From positions 1-57,814 of the forward strand of contig JBGAPB010000003.1 of NCBI GenBank assembly GCA_044221525.1: a stretch of DNA of 57,814 nt, given 5' to 3'. This document shows, piece by piece, positions 47,075 through 55,814 of this stretch. The translations under genes and the position numbers were made by a program. The first letter of the stretch is position 1; the number at the start of each line of letters is the position of its first letter. The notes under the pieces are model-generated. The model worked only from the letters and a program-made list of their open reading frames with translations. It was not told the DNA's origin and ran no database searches. This DNA is from Blastocatellia bacterium (lineage in GTDB: Bacteria; Acidobacteriota; Blastocatellia; RBC074).

Positions 47075-47974
47075 TTACCTTTTCTTTTTGGGATTAAGTG
47101 GAATACTTAATTTCACAGATGTTCCATTGCCTTTAACTGAAACAACCTCAAATGTTCCAAAGAACAAATCAACTCTTTCTTGCATACCTAGTATGCCCAA
47201 ACACTTACCACCGTTCTTACTGCTTTTCACTAATGAAGTGTCGAATCCACAACCATCGTCTGTTACGCTAACTATTAAATGGTCTTTTAAACACAATAAA
47301 ATCACAAAAACATTTCGCGCCCAAGCATGCTTAGAAACATTGGTTAAGGCTTCTTGAATAATTCTATAAACTCCAGTTTCTACTAATTCATGCAATCTTT
47401 GCTTATCAAGCCCTGAGCACTGAAAATCTACTTTGATACCAGTACTTACCGACCATTTTTCAAAAAGACTCAATAAAGCTGCTTGCAAACCTAAATCATC
47501 TAAAATAAGAGGGCGTAGCCCCAATGCAATATCATGCACTTGCTGATTAATCTGACTTACAATCATCTGCAGATGCTCTAATTGAAAATTTGCTTTTGAT
47601 TTAGAACAAAATTCTTTCTTCAATGAGCAAAGTCCAAGAGCTAAGGCTGTAAGGTCTTGCCCCATTTGATCATGAAGCTCTCTTGCTAAACGCTTACGCT
47701 CAAGCTCTCTTATAGCGTCAAATTCTAGTAATAATTGAAACCGCGATATTTTATCTTGCTTATAGCTCGCGCTGCCCCTTGGGTAGTTAAGCTGCCCACG
47801 TTGCTTAATAGATACCTCTGGGCTGTATCTAGTTTGGCAAATTTCTTTTTTCGCTAATGCTTTGAGCATTTTAAATAATTTACAAACTAGAGCGACTTTC
47901 AACAAAAGCACCGCTAATAAAAGAGCCTGCACATTCTTAGTAGTTACCTGCACAAGCACAAAAACAGAATGCAA
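47075..47974 (-). CDS. HisKA_3 sensor histidine kinase with little or no sensory domain
   Basis: ERKRLARELHDQMGQ H-box, LRPLILDDLGL, EALTNVSKHA, DDGCGFD, LGILGMQERV, GNGT. Start uncertain. Confidence 0.85.
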   Translation of the reverse strand: MHSVFVLVQVTTKNVQALLLAVLLLKVALVCKLFKMLKALAKKEICQTRYSPEVSIKQRGQLNYPRGSASYKQDKISRFQLLLEFDAIRELERKRLARELHDQMGQDLTALALGLCSLKKEFCSKSKANFQLEHLQMIVSQINQQVHDIALGLRPLILDDLGLQAALLSLFEKWSVSTGIKVDFQCSGLDKQRLHELVETGVYRIIQEALTNVSKHAWARNVFVILLCLKDHLIVSVTDDGCGFDTSLVKSSKNGGKCLGILGMQERVDLFFGTFEVVSVKGNGTSVKLSIPLNPKKKR

Positions 47975-48328
47975 TAAGAATCTTTATTGCTGATTTCGGC
48001 TGTCGCTCTAGTGAATTACTAGACAAAATCTAAGCTATTATTATTCCGCTCAACTAGACTACAATTGAACTGGCAATAATGTAGTCAATCCACCACTTCT
48101 TGTCAAGAAGAAATGTCGGCTAAAAACCTACAGGCTGTAAAATTTGTCTTACATACCCCACGGCCATGGCGCCGAATAGCCGTCAGAGAAAACATAGCCA
48201 TCAAATAGCCATAAAGATGCCTGCCCCAGAAAATATTGATAATAAAGCACTTAATTTAATAACACACAAAATTGAGACACACTATTCGAAGGCTTGGTGA
48301 AACCTCTATGTTTAATTATTAGAGAATC

Positions 48329-48363
48329 CTGTCCTACAACTTCTCCATAAGCTTGTAGGACAG
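48329..48363. promoter_or_regulatory. 11-bp inverted repeat, candidate response-regulator site
   Basis: CTGTCCTACAA-N13-TTGTAGGACAG, with related half-sites nearby in the same intergenic region. Confidence 0.5.
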
Positions 48364-48441
48364 AACTGCCACCACACTGTCAAAGAGATGACTTGTAAGA
48401 CGATGGCAATCATTAGAATGAGGCTAGGTAAGACTTGCACA

Positions 48442-49686
48442 TTATGCTGTACCAAATTTCCTGCTTGCTAATTGTTGTATAAGTTCAAAATACAAATGAA
48501 AGTGGGCTTCTTTACACCACCACTGAAGAAAGGCTTGGTACCCCTTTTCGCCAAACTCATTTCTAATGCTTGGCGAAGCTGCTATGTGATTTATTGCTGA
48601 CAACAATTCTTCGTCGTCGCGATAAACAAACCCACCGCCGCTGTCGTGGACAACCTCTGGTAAAGCCCCAAGGTCACGAACAATGACAGGTGTTTTTCTA
48701 GCAAAAGATTCTATGATTATGATTCCGAAGGTTTCATAGGTAAGAGAAGGGACAAGGCAGGCAAGCGAGTGAAAATACAAAGCGCCGAGTTCTCGCTGAG
48801 GTAATGCGCCAAGGAATTTTATGCGTGGGTTATCTGCTGCCAAAGCGCGCAGTTGGTCTCCAAAAAGTCCTGTTCCTGCGACTAAAAGGTCATACTCTTC
48901 TACGCGCTTCCAGGCTTCAATCAAAGTTTGCAACCCCTTGATTTCTTCCAATCGCCCAACAAAAAGAAAATACGGACGTTCTTGCGGACGTGGTCCGGGG
49001 TTTTGCCAATCTTGATCCACTCGGTCAATAAAATAAGGAAGATGCCCCACGGGTTGAGGAAATCCGCGTTTGGCATGCATGTCGGCTGTAAAGCGGCTGG
49101 GCGAAACGAATTGGTCAATATGCTTGCTGGTTCTTTCCAGCATTCCAGTGTATCGCCAAAGCTGAGGAGGGCGTTTCGCCCGGATTGTGCAACGCAAACA
49201 CTCAGGCTTTTCGCAAGGACGGCTATTAAATTTCCATAGCACATGCATAGGACAAATCAGCCAATGCTCGTGAGTGGTGTAAAGCTTGATAGCGTTTCCG
49301 TGTTCCGGCTCCCAAGTCAGAAGCTCTGGCCCAAGCAATGATGTGTTGTGGTAATGCAGAACATCGTAGGGTTTACTGGCGAGTAATTCGCGTATGGCAT
49401 GTTGTTTCAAATACGGGCGGCCGGTTTGCTGAGTTAACAAAGGCGATAACCACTTGTAACCGCTTCGCAAACCATGCACTTTCACATTTGGATGGTCGGC
49501 GAATTTTATTTCCGGTTCCCCCGGATGAAGCAGATGGTAAGAGTCAATGCAATGAACTACGTCAACGTGGTGACCTTCGTCGCCCAGCGCATGGCAAAGC
49601 CGATGCAGATACATCGCATCGCCGCCAAAACTGTATGGTGGGTAGAATGTGGTGAAGTGTAAGAAGTTAAGAGGCCGATTTGTCAC
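48442..49686 (-). CDS. Glycosyltransferase family 4
   Basis: YPPYSFGG, THEHWLICP..C..C insertion, FVGRLEEIKG, PSLTYETFGIIIIESFARKTPVI. Confidence 0.9.
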   Translation of the reverse strand: MTNRPLNFLHFTTFYPPYSFGGDAMYLHRLCHALGDEGHHVDVVHCIDSYHLLHPGEPEIKFADHPNVKVHGLRSGYKWLSPLLTQQTGRPYLKQHAIRELLASKPYDVLHYHNTSLLGPELLTWEPEHGNAIKLYTTHEHWLICPMHVLWKFNSRPCEKPECLRCTIRAKRPPQLWRYTGMLERTSKHIDQFVSPSRFTADMHAKRGFPQPVGHLPYFIDRVDQDWQNPGPRPQERPYFLFVGRLEEIKGLQTLIEAWKRVEEYDLLVAGTGLFGDQLRALAADNPRIKFLGALPQRELGALYFHSLACLVPSLTYETFGIIIIESFARKTPVIVRDLGALPEVVHDSGGGFVYRDDEELLSAINHIAASPSIRNEFGEKGYQAFLQWWCKEAHFHLYFELIQQLASRKFGTA

Positions 49687-50852
49687 GCAATCACCTGCCT
49701 TATCAACCCTATCATTTGCCGGGCGGCGGCTTCCCAGGTCAAATCAGCGGCCGCGGTCAAACCCGCTGTTCGCATTTGTTGACGCAAACTTTCAGATTCC
49801 AGAACACGAGTCAATGCGGCATCCAATTCTTCCTGGTTTGCAGGGTTGATAAAAATCCCCCCTTCGCCAAGAAGTCCCGGCAAGGGGCTGGCTGTTGTAG
49901 CAATAACCGGGCAACCACAAGCAGCGGCTTCGATGGCGGGCAAACCGAACCCTTCGATTAACGAAGGCAGCACCAATACACTAGCAAAATTCAGCAAGGC
50001 AACCAGTTCTTCGTCTGGCAGGTAACCTGTGAAAATAACCCGACTGGCGATGCCGAGTTCTGAGGTTTGGTGTTTGATCCCGGCATGGCAACTGTGAAAG
50101 ACCTCTTTTTCGTATTCACCAACCATCACCAGAGTTGCATCTGAAAAGCTGGGGTGTTCGACAACTTTGGCAAACGCCGTAACCAGCGATTCCAAATTCT
50201 TGTGCGGGCTGAAACCTCCCACATAAACGACCGTGCGATCAGTGCCGTTAATTCCCAAATCAATTAACCGCTTTGTCGGGCCAGGGTCAGGCAAAACTCT
50301 AAAAACAGGGTCGCTGGCTTCGCCAACGACGAAAACTTTGTCAGGCGAAGTCTTGAAATGTTTCAATATGCCCTGTCGTGAATAGTCAGAAACCGTCACT
50401 ATGGCATCGGCCTGCCAGCGCCCAAGCGCGACTTTGCTTTTCCAAAACATACGCGAAGTGAAATTTGGCAGCGTCAGTTGCGGATAAGTTTCAGCAATCA
50501 CATCGTGGATCATGACGATTTTTTTGGCGCGACTGATGACCGGAACATAGCTGTAAACGGTCGGAAACAGCAACAGATCGAAGCTGGAATCAGACATTGC
50601 GCGGCTCATGCGCAGCATGTCCATTGCTGAGCGGTGACCATTGGCAGCAGTGGCAACAGCGGTCGGAGCGTCAGTGCTGACCATCTGAACTTTGGCTTCC
50701 GGCGGCATCTTGTCGCCTAAGTCAACCGAGTCAACAAACAAAGTGTATTGATTGCCACTGTCCAGCGGGATCAGCGCATTCAGCAAAGCCCGTGCGTGAC
50801 GACCATAGCCACGATTATTCTGCCGACTTGTTGCATCAACACCAATTTTCAT
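49683..50852 (-). CDS. Glycosyltransferase family 4 (mannosyltransferase-like group 1)
   Basis: MKIGVDA, MIHDVI, TVSDYS, YVGGFSPHKN, PSLIEGFGLPAIEAAACGCPVI. Confidence 0.92.
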   Translation of the reverse strand: MKIGVDATSRQNNRGYGRHARALLNALIPLDSGNQYTLFVDSVDLGDKMPPEAKVQMVSTDAPTAVATAANGHRSAMDMLRMSRAMSDSSFDLLLFPTVYSYVPVISRAKKIVMIHDVIAETYPQLTLPNFTSRMFWKSKVALGRWQADAIVTVSDYSRQGILKHFKTSPDKVFVVGEASDPVFRVLPDPGPTKRLIDLGINGTDRTVVYVGGFSPHKNLESLVTAFAKVVEHPSFSDATLVMVGEYEKEVFHSCHAGIKHQTSELGIASRVIFTGYLPDEELVALLNFASVLVLPSLIEGFGLPAIEAAACGCPVIATTASPLPGLLGEGGIFINPANQEELDAALTRVLESESLRQQMRTAGLTAAADLTWEAAARQMIGLIRQVIA

Positions 50853-50911
50853 ACAGCTTTCCTCTCAAGGGGCAGACCTCCCAATACATAAGCTCTACAG
50901 AGCACTCGCGT

Positions 50912-51877
50912 CTACAAAATCGTTTGATACCAGGCAATCGCTTCCTTCAGGCCTTCTTCAAGCGAATACTTCGATTGCCAGCCGAGCATGCTTTTGGCTT
51001 TGGCGCAGCTCAGATATTGTTTCTGAATCTCGCGACTGGCTTCATTCATGACTTTAGGAACCAAGTGCGTTTTGCCTGTTAGTTTCAGAATTTCATTAAC
51101 TAATTCAAGCACCGACACCGGAGTTTCAGTGCTGAAATTGAACGCCTGACCGTTGAACTTTTCATCCGGTAAGCTTTCCGCCAAAGTCAGATAAGCGTCA
51201 ACCGCATCACGAACGTAAAAGTAATCTCTGATGAATTTGCCGTCACTGCGAATGATCGGAGCTTCAGCGCGCAACACAGAGCGGATAGTTCCGGGAATCA
51301 ACCGGTTGAAATTCAAATCCCCTCCGCCAAAAAGGTTGCCGCAGCGGGTAATCGCCACAGGTGTTTGGTAAGTGTGAAAGTAAGAAAGCGCGACGAACTC
51401 CGAGCAGCTTTTTGAAACGTCGTAAGGGTAACGACTCTGCATAGGCGCGTCTTCCGTGTAAGGCAACTGCTCCTGTTCGCCGTAGGCTTTGTCGCTGGAA
51501 GCGACAACGACTCGCACGACTTTCGGATTGACGCGACAGGCTTCCATCAGATTCCACGTTCCGCGAATGTTCGCCTCAAATGTCGAAAGCGGCGCACGCA
51601 AAGCAGTGCCAACAATCGTTTGCGCGCCAAGATGAAAGACCGAATCAATTTCGTATTCGTTCAGCGCGCGCGCCAGCGTGTCGTAATTTTCCAGTTCGCC
51701 GCGAACGGCGTTTACTCGCCCGACTGCTCCTGAATTCACCAGACGGCTTTCAGGAACCCAATCTCGTATCAGACAAGTGACGTTCGCTCCGCGCCGCAAC
51801 AACTCTTCGGTCATCCACGACCCCAGCAAGCCTGTCGCTCCGGTGACAAAGACATTACGGCGATTCCAAAAATTCAT
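50912..51877 (-). CDS. rfbG: CDP-glucose 4,6-dehydratase-like NAD-dependent epimerase/dehydratase
   Basis: Probable start MNFWNRR at 51877 (ATGA overlap with rfbF stop). TGATGLLGSW, FHLGAQ, SSDKAY, YDVSK, RCGNLFGGGD, RLIP; adjacent to rfbF. Confidence 0.75.
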   Translation of the reverse strand: MNFWNRRNVFVTGATGLLGSWMTEELLRRGANVTCLIRDWVPESRLVNSGAVGRVNAVRGELENYDTLARALNEYEIDSVFHLGAQTIVGTALRAPLSTFEANIRGTWNLMEACRVNPKVVRVVVASSDKAYGEQEQLPYTEDAPMQSRYPYDVSKSCSEFVALSYFHTYQTPVAITRCGNLFGGGDLNFNRLIPGTIRSVLRAEAPIIRSDGKFIRDYFYVRDAVDAYLTLAESLPDEKFNGQAFNFSTETPVSVLELVNEILKLTGKTHLVPKVMNEASREIQKQYLSCAKAKSMLGWQSKYSLEEGLKEAIAWYQTIL

Positions 51878-52644
51878 TCCCAAACTTTCCAAGGTGCCCT
51901 CCCGTCGCTCCACAATGATTCAAGTAAAAGTTTTTCGCGTAAGGTATCCATAGGTTGCCAAAATCCCTCGTGCCGAAAGACCATTAACTGCTGGTCAGCG
52001 GCCAGCCGTTCCAGTGGTTCGCGTTCCAGCACCGTTTGATCGTCGGCCAGGTAATCGAAAATGCCCGGCTCAAAAACGAAGAAACCGCCATTGATCCAGC
52101 CTTCGCCGGTTTGGGGCTTTTCGCGAAAATGGGTGACCCTGTCGCCATCCAATATCAGTTCGCCGAACCGAGCAGGAGGTCGTACAGCCGTAACCGTCGC
52201 CAGTTTGCCGTGGGAGCGATGAAACTCCACCAACGAGCGAACATCCACGCTACCCAGACTGTCGCCGTATGTCACTAAAAAAGCTTCGTCTCCGATCAAT
52301 CGCTTGAGCGCCAAAATTCGTCCGCCTGTCATTGCATCCAAACCGGTATCAATTGCTCCAATGCGCCAATCCAATCGGTTGGGATTGACGATCTTCATCG
52401 AACGGTCGCTGAGGTTGATGACGTAATCGCTGTTATGAATGAAGTAGTTGTGAAAATACTCCTTGATGATTTCGCCCTTGTAACCGCAAGCCACCAGAAA
52501 ATCCTTGAAGCCGTGATGGGCGTAAATGTTCATGATGTGCCACAGCATCGGCTTACCGCCGATTTCGACCATCGGCTTCGGACGAACCGTAGTTTCTTCG
52601 GCCAGCCGCGTGCCGCGACCACCAGCTAAAATCACAACTTGCAT
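51874..52644 (-). CDS. rfbF: Glucose-1-phosphate cytidylyltransferase
   Basis: MQVVILAGGRGTRLAEET..PKPMVEIGGKPMLWHIM, CGYKG, DTG...TGGR, TYGD, WINGGFFV, GFWQPMDTLREK, APWKVW. Confidence 0.95.
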   Translation of the reverse strand: MQVVILAGGRGTRLAEETTVRPKPMVEIGGKPMLWHIMNIYAHHGFKDFLVACGYKGEIIKEYFHNYFIHNSDYVINLSDRSMKIVNPNRLDWRIGAIDTGLDAMTGGRILALKRLIGDEAFLVTYGDSLGSVDVRSLVEFHRSHGKLATVTAVRPPARFGELILDGDRVTHFREKPQTGEGWINGGFFVFEPGIFDYLADDQTVLEREPLERLAADQQLMVFRHEGFWQPMDTLREKLLLESLWSDGRAPWKVWE

Positions 52645-52645
52645 T

Positions 52646-53896
52646 TCACACCACCGTCGTTTCAGGAATCGGAATGATAAATTTGCCGCCGCGAGCTTTG
52701 TATTCACTTTGCTGGCGCATAATTTCCTCACCAAAGTTCCAGGCCAGAATCAACAGATAATCCGGCTGCTGTTCCAGCAAAGTCGAAACCGGCAAAACCG
52801 GTATGTGCATTCCAGGCGTGTACATCCCCAACTTCATCGGATTTTTGTCCACCACATAAGGCAGCAAGTCAGTCGTGATCTGGCAGTAATTCAGCAACGT
52901 GTTCCCCTTGGCAGCCGCGCCATAACCGGCGACCGTTTTGCCTTCGGCTTTCAAGCTAGTCAACAAATCAAGCAACGATTCGCGGCTGCGTTCGACGCTT
53001 TTGGCCAATTGTTCGTATCGCCCCAAACTGGTGAAGCCTTTGCTTTTCTCTTCTGCTGCCCAATCCAAAACCTGAGCCGAATGGTTCTGATGAACTTCCT
53101 GATGTCCGGCGTGCATTCTCAAAGAGCCACCATGAATCGGGACGTGATCCATTCTGACAATCACCAGTCCGGCGAATTCGCACAAACGCATCAGCGAGTT
53201 GACTGAAAAATAACAGAGATGTTCGTGATAAATCGTGTCGTATTCCGTACGGTTGAGCAGGTCACCCAGGTAAGGCATCTCGATGATGACCAAACCGTCT
53301 TCGCCAATAACTGCTTTGCAGCCGCGCAGAAAATCCTGTGTGTCGTCAACGTGAGCCAGCACGTTGTTGCCTATGACGGCTTTGGCCGCGCCATACTCCG
53401 CGCGAATTCTCTGAGCAGTGGCAAGGTTGAAAAATTCATTAACCGTCTCAACCCCGTTTGCGCGAGCCATTGCCGCAACATTGGTCGCCGGATCAACTCC
53501 AAGAGTTTTAACACCAAGTTCCTGAAAACACCGCAACAGACTGCCATCGTTGCTGGCGACTTCAATCACCAGATCATCAGCCGTCAACCGCTGCATTTCA
53601 GTCACCGACTTGGCGTAGCCACGATTGTGCTGAGCAATGGTTTCAGAAGTTCCGGTCACGTAAAGGTAATGACGAAACAGAACTTCAGGGTCAACCACGT
53701 CGGGGATTTGCACCAGCGAACAGGTTTCGCAGAAATGCGTGTCGAGTGGAAAGAATTGCTCCTCAACGAATTCGTCCGGTGACTTCAAGAAAGAATTCGC
53801 CAGAGGTTGCGACCCTAAAGGCAAAAAAAGCCTGAGGTTCTTTTCACCACAGGCTCGACAAGTTTCTCTTCGATGATAAACAGGTGATTTAGACAT
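52646..53896 (-). CDS. NDP-hexose C3-methyltransferase family (Zn-binding, SAM-dependent)
   Basis: CRAC...PLANSF...CETCSLVQ zinc site, EVASNDG, NNVLAHV, DTIYHEH, HGGSLR, YGAAAKGNTLLN, LAWNF. Confidence 0.92.
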   Translation of the reverse strand: MSKSPVYHRRETCRACGEKNLRLFLPLGSQPLANSFLKSPDEFVEEQFFPLDTHFCETCSLVQIPDVVDPEVLFRHYLYVTGTSETIAQHNRGYAKSVTEMQRLTADDLVIEVASNDGSLLRCFQELGVKTLGVDPATNVAAMARANGVETVNEFFNLATAQRIRAEYGAAKAVIGNNVLAHVDDTQDFLRGCKAVIGEDGLVIIEMPYLGDLLNRTEYDTIYHEHLCYFSVNSLMRLCEFAGLVIVRMDHVPIHGGSLRMHAGHQEVHQNHSAQVLDWAAEEKSKGFTSLGRYEQLAKSVERSRESLLDLLTSLKAEGKTVAGYGAAAKGNTLLNYCQITTDLLPYVVDKNPMKLGMYTPGMHIPVLPVSTLLEQQPDYLLILAWNFGEEIMRQQSEYKARGGKFIIPIPETTVV

Positions 53897-53939
53897 ATAA
53901 AATTGGTGCAGTACCGCGCGCGTGAGCAAGCGGCGAAGT

Positions 53940-54688
53940 TCAGGCGGCGATGCGCGCCTTGTCGGTCTTTGGCGTCGAGTTCAGGTTTCGACGCCACCTG
54001 GGCATTTCGGTAGAAAAGCGAAAGATCATCAGGTTGCGCAGAAATTCCCAGCAGGTCATTACACGAACATGAGAAAGTCCGTTGCCACGCATCCGGGCGA
54101 AGACGTTGAACTCGAGCACGCGCAACCCCAAGTAATGAGCCTTGATGACGATTTCGGGGTCCAGAAACCAATTCTTCGATTTCAAATCCATCGCCATAAT
54201 CACATCGCGCGGCAGGATTTTCGGGCTACCGTTCACGTCAATCGAACCTAGCCGAGGCCACAACGCGCGCACCATCAAGTTGTACGTGACCGAAACAACT
54301 TTGCGCCATAAACCGTCCATTCGGAATCGTCGCCGAACTTTGGCCAGCACGTTGCCGTTTGTGGTTTTAATCGTGTCGAAAAGCGCAACCACGTCTTCGG
54401 CATCAACTTGTCCGTCGCACGGAATCATCCCAATCCAGGGAGCGCGGCAAAGCTTGATTCCGGTCAGGATGCCGTTGCCATATCCTTCGTTGATTTCGAC
54501 GCGGTGGTAAACATCTCGCCGGTTCGGTCGCGCGAACCGTTATCCACTGCAATCAGTTCCAGCCGGATGCCGGCGTTTTTGAACGCCGCGGTGAATCTGG
54601 GAATGGTGTAACCGATGATGTCCTGTTCGTTGTAACAAGGCATCACGAAGGAAAGTTCAGGTTCTGAAACGCGTGTATAAGCTTCCAT
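53940..54688 (-). pseudogene. DPM1-like GT2 glycosyltransferase split by an out-of-frame deletion (pseudogene or assembly error)
   Basis: N-part LSFVMPCYNEQ...VDNGSRDRTGE and C-part VYHRVEINEGYGNGILTG...CDGQ...D.E are in different frames, joined at about 54512/54513. Span 749 nt is not a multiple of 3. Confidence 0.8.
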
Positions 54689-54754
54689 GATCAAACTCCG
54701 AATAGAATGTCTGTTGGTTGCGTCCGGGATAAGCCGGAAAGATTCACAGTGCGC

Positions 54755-55729
54755 TTACCTGGCAAGCACGCTTGAATTTGCCTGCTCGAAATTTTTTGTT
54801 CGCTGAATACCTTCGGCAATGCCTGTCGGTGGAATCCAACTGATCGTCCGCCGCAAAAGATCAACTGTGACGTTGTCGTGTTGCATCTCTTCCGAACGAG
54901 TTGGAATCAAGCCGAACTGCAATTTGTTTTCGGGGATGTTCAGGGCTGAAGCCGCAGTTTCGACGAAGTTGCGAACAGTCGTCAATCGTCCCGTAGCTAG
55001 ATTCACAATTTCGCCCGGCTGCAATTCAGAAACCGCCAGACGCAACAATCCTTCGGCAACATCTTCGACGTAAGTAAAATCCCTCTTCTGTTCGCCAACG
55101 GTCAGTGGCAAAGTTTCGCCACTGGCTGCGGCTTTGAGTAACGACGGAAACAAACGCCCATCGTGTTCACCCGGGCCGTAAACAGTAAACAAACGAGCGG
55201 TGATGCCTTTGACGCCGAGTTTGCGGCAAAACTGTGACAAGAGGTTTGTGCCCATCAGCTTGGATTGGCCGTAAAGTGTGGTCGGATTGGGCGCTGAATC
55301 TTCGGCCAGATTGCCGCCGATTTCTCCGTATTCCAGAGCCGAACCGACATGAACTATCTGCTGTCCCGGCCAGTCCGGGTTTGGATTTAACGCCATCGCC
55401 TTGCAGATGGCCTCAACCAAATCGGCATTGATTCGGTAAGCCGCCTCTTCGTCCCGCTCTGAACGATCAACCCCGTAACCCGCCAGATTGAAAACAGCAT
55501 CGGGTCTGATCTTTGCAATCAATTCGCCGACTGAATCCAGACGAAGCAGGTCGGCTTCAATAATTTCACCGCTAATTTCGTAATCGGAAAAAACTCGCCT
55601 CGCTGATTCCGAATCACGAACTATCAGGCAAGGCCGCGCTCCAATCTGACAAACCAGCCGGGAAACCCATCGGCCAATAAAGCCTGAAGCCCCTAAAACA
55701 AAGACTCGCGTTTCTGAATTCAAAACCAC
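54755..55729 (-). CDS. NAD-dependent epimerase/4-ketoreductase (extended SDR)
   Basis: LGASGFIGRW, FNLAGYG, GSALEYG, YGQSK, RLFTVYGP, RDFTYVEDVA. Confidence 0.88.
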   Translation of the reverse strand: MVLNSETRVFVLGASGFIGRWVSRLVCQIGARPCLIVRDSESARRVFSDYEISGEIIEADLLRLDSVGELIAKIRPDAVFNLAGYGVDRSERDEEAAYRINADLVEAICKAMALNPNPDWPGQQIVHVGSALEYGEIGGNLAEDSAPNPTTLYGQSKLMGTNLLSQFCRKLGVKGITARLFTVYGPGEHDGRLFPSLLKAAASGETLPLTVGEQKRDFTYVEDVAEGLLRLAVSELQPGEIVNLATGRLTTVRNFVETAASALNIPENKLQFGLIPTRSEEMQHDNVTVDLLRRTISWIPPTGIAEGIQRTKNFEQANSSVLAR

Positions 55730-55746
55730 TTTTCGTTAGCTACTTT

Positions 55747-55810
55747 GGAGTGCTGCGCCTTTGGCGTAGCTTTGATAATCGTAAGACACGCCAAAGGGGC
55801 GAAACGCTCC
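55747..55810. repeat. REP-like inverted doublet / stem-loop
   Basis: GGAG-t-gctgcgcc-ttt-ggcgtagc hairpin followed by a degenerate inverted copy (acgccaaaggggcgaaacgctcc). Confidence 0.35.
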
Positions 55811-55814
55811 ATTT

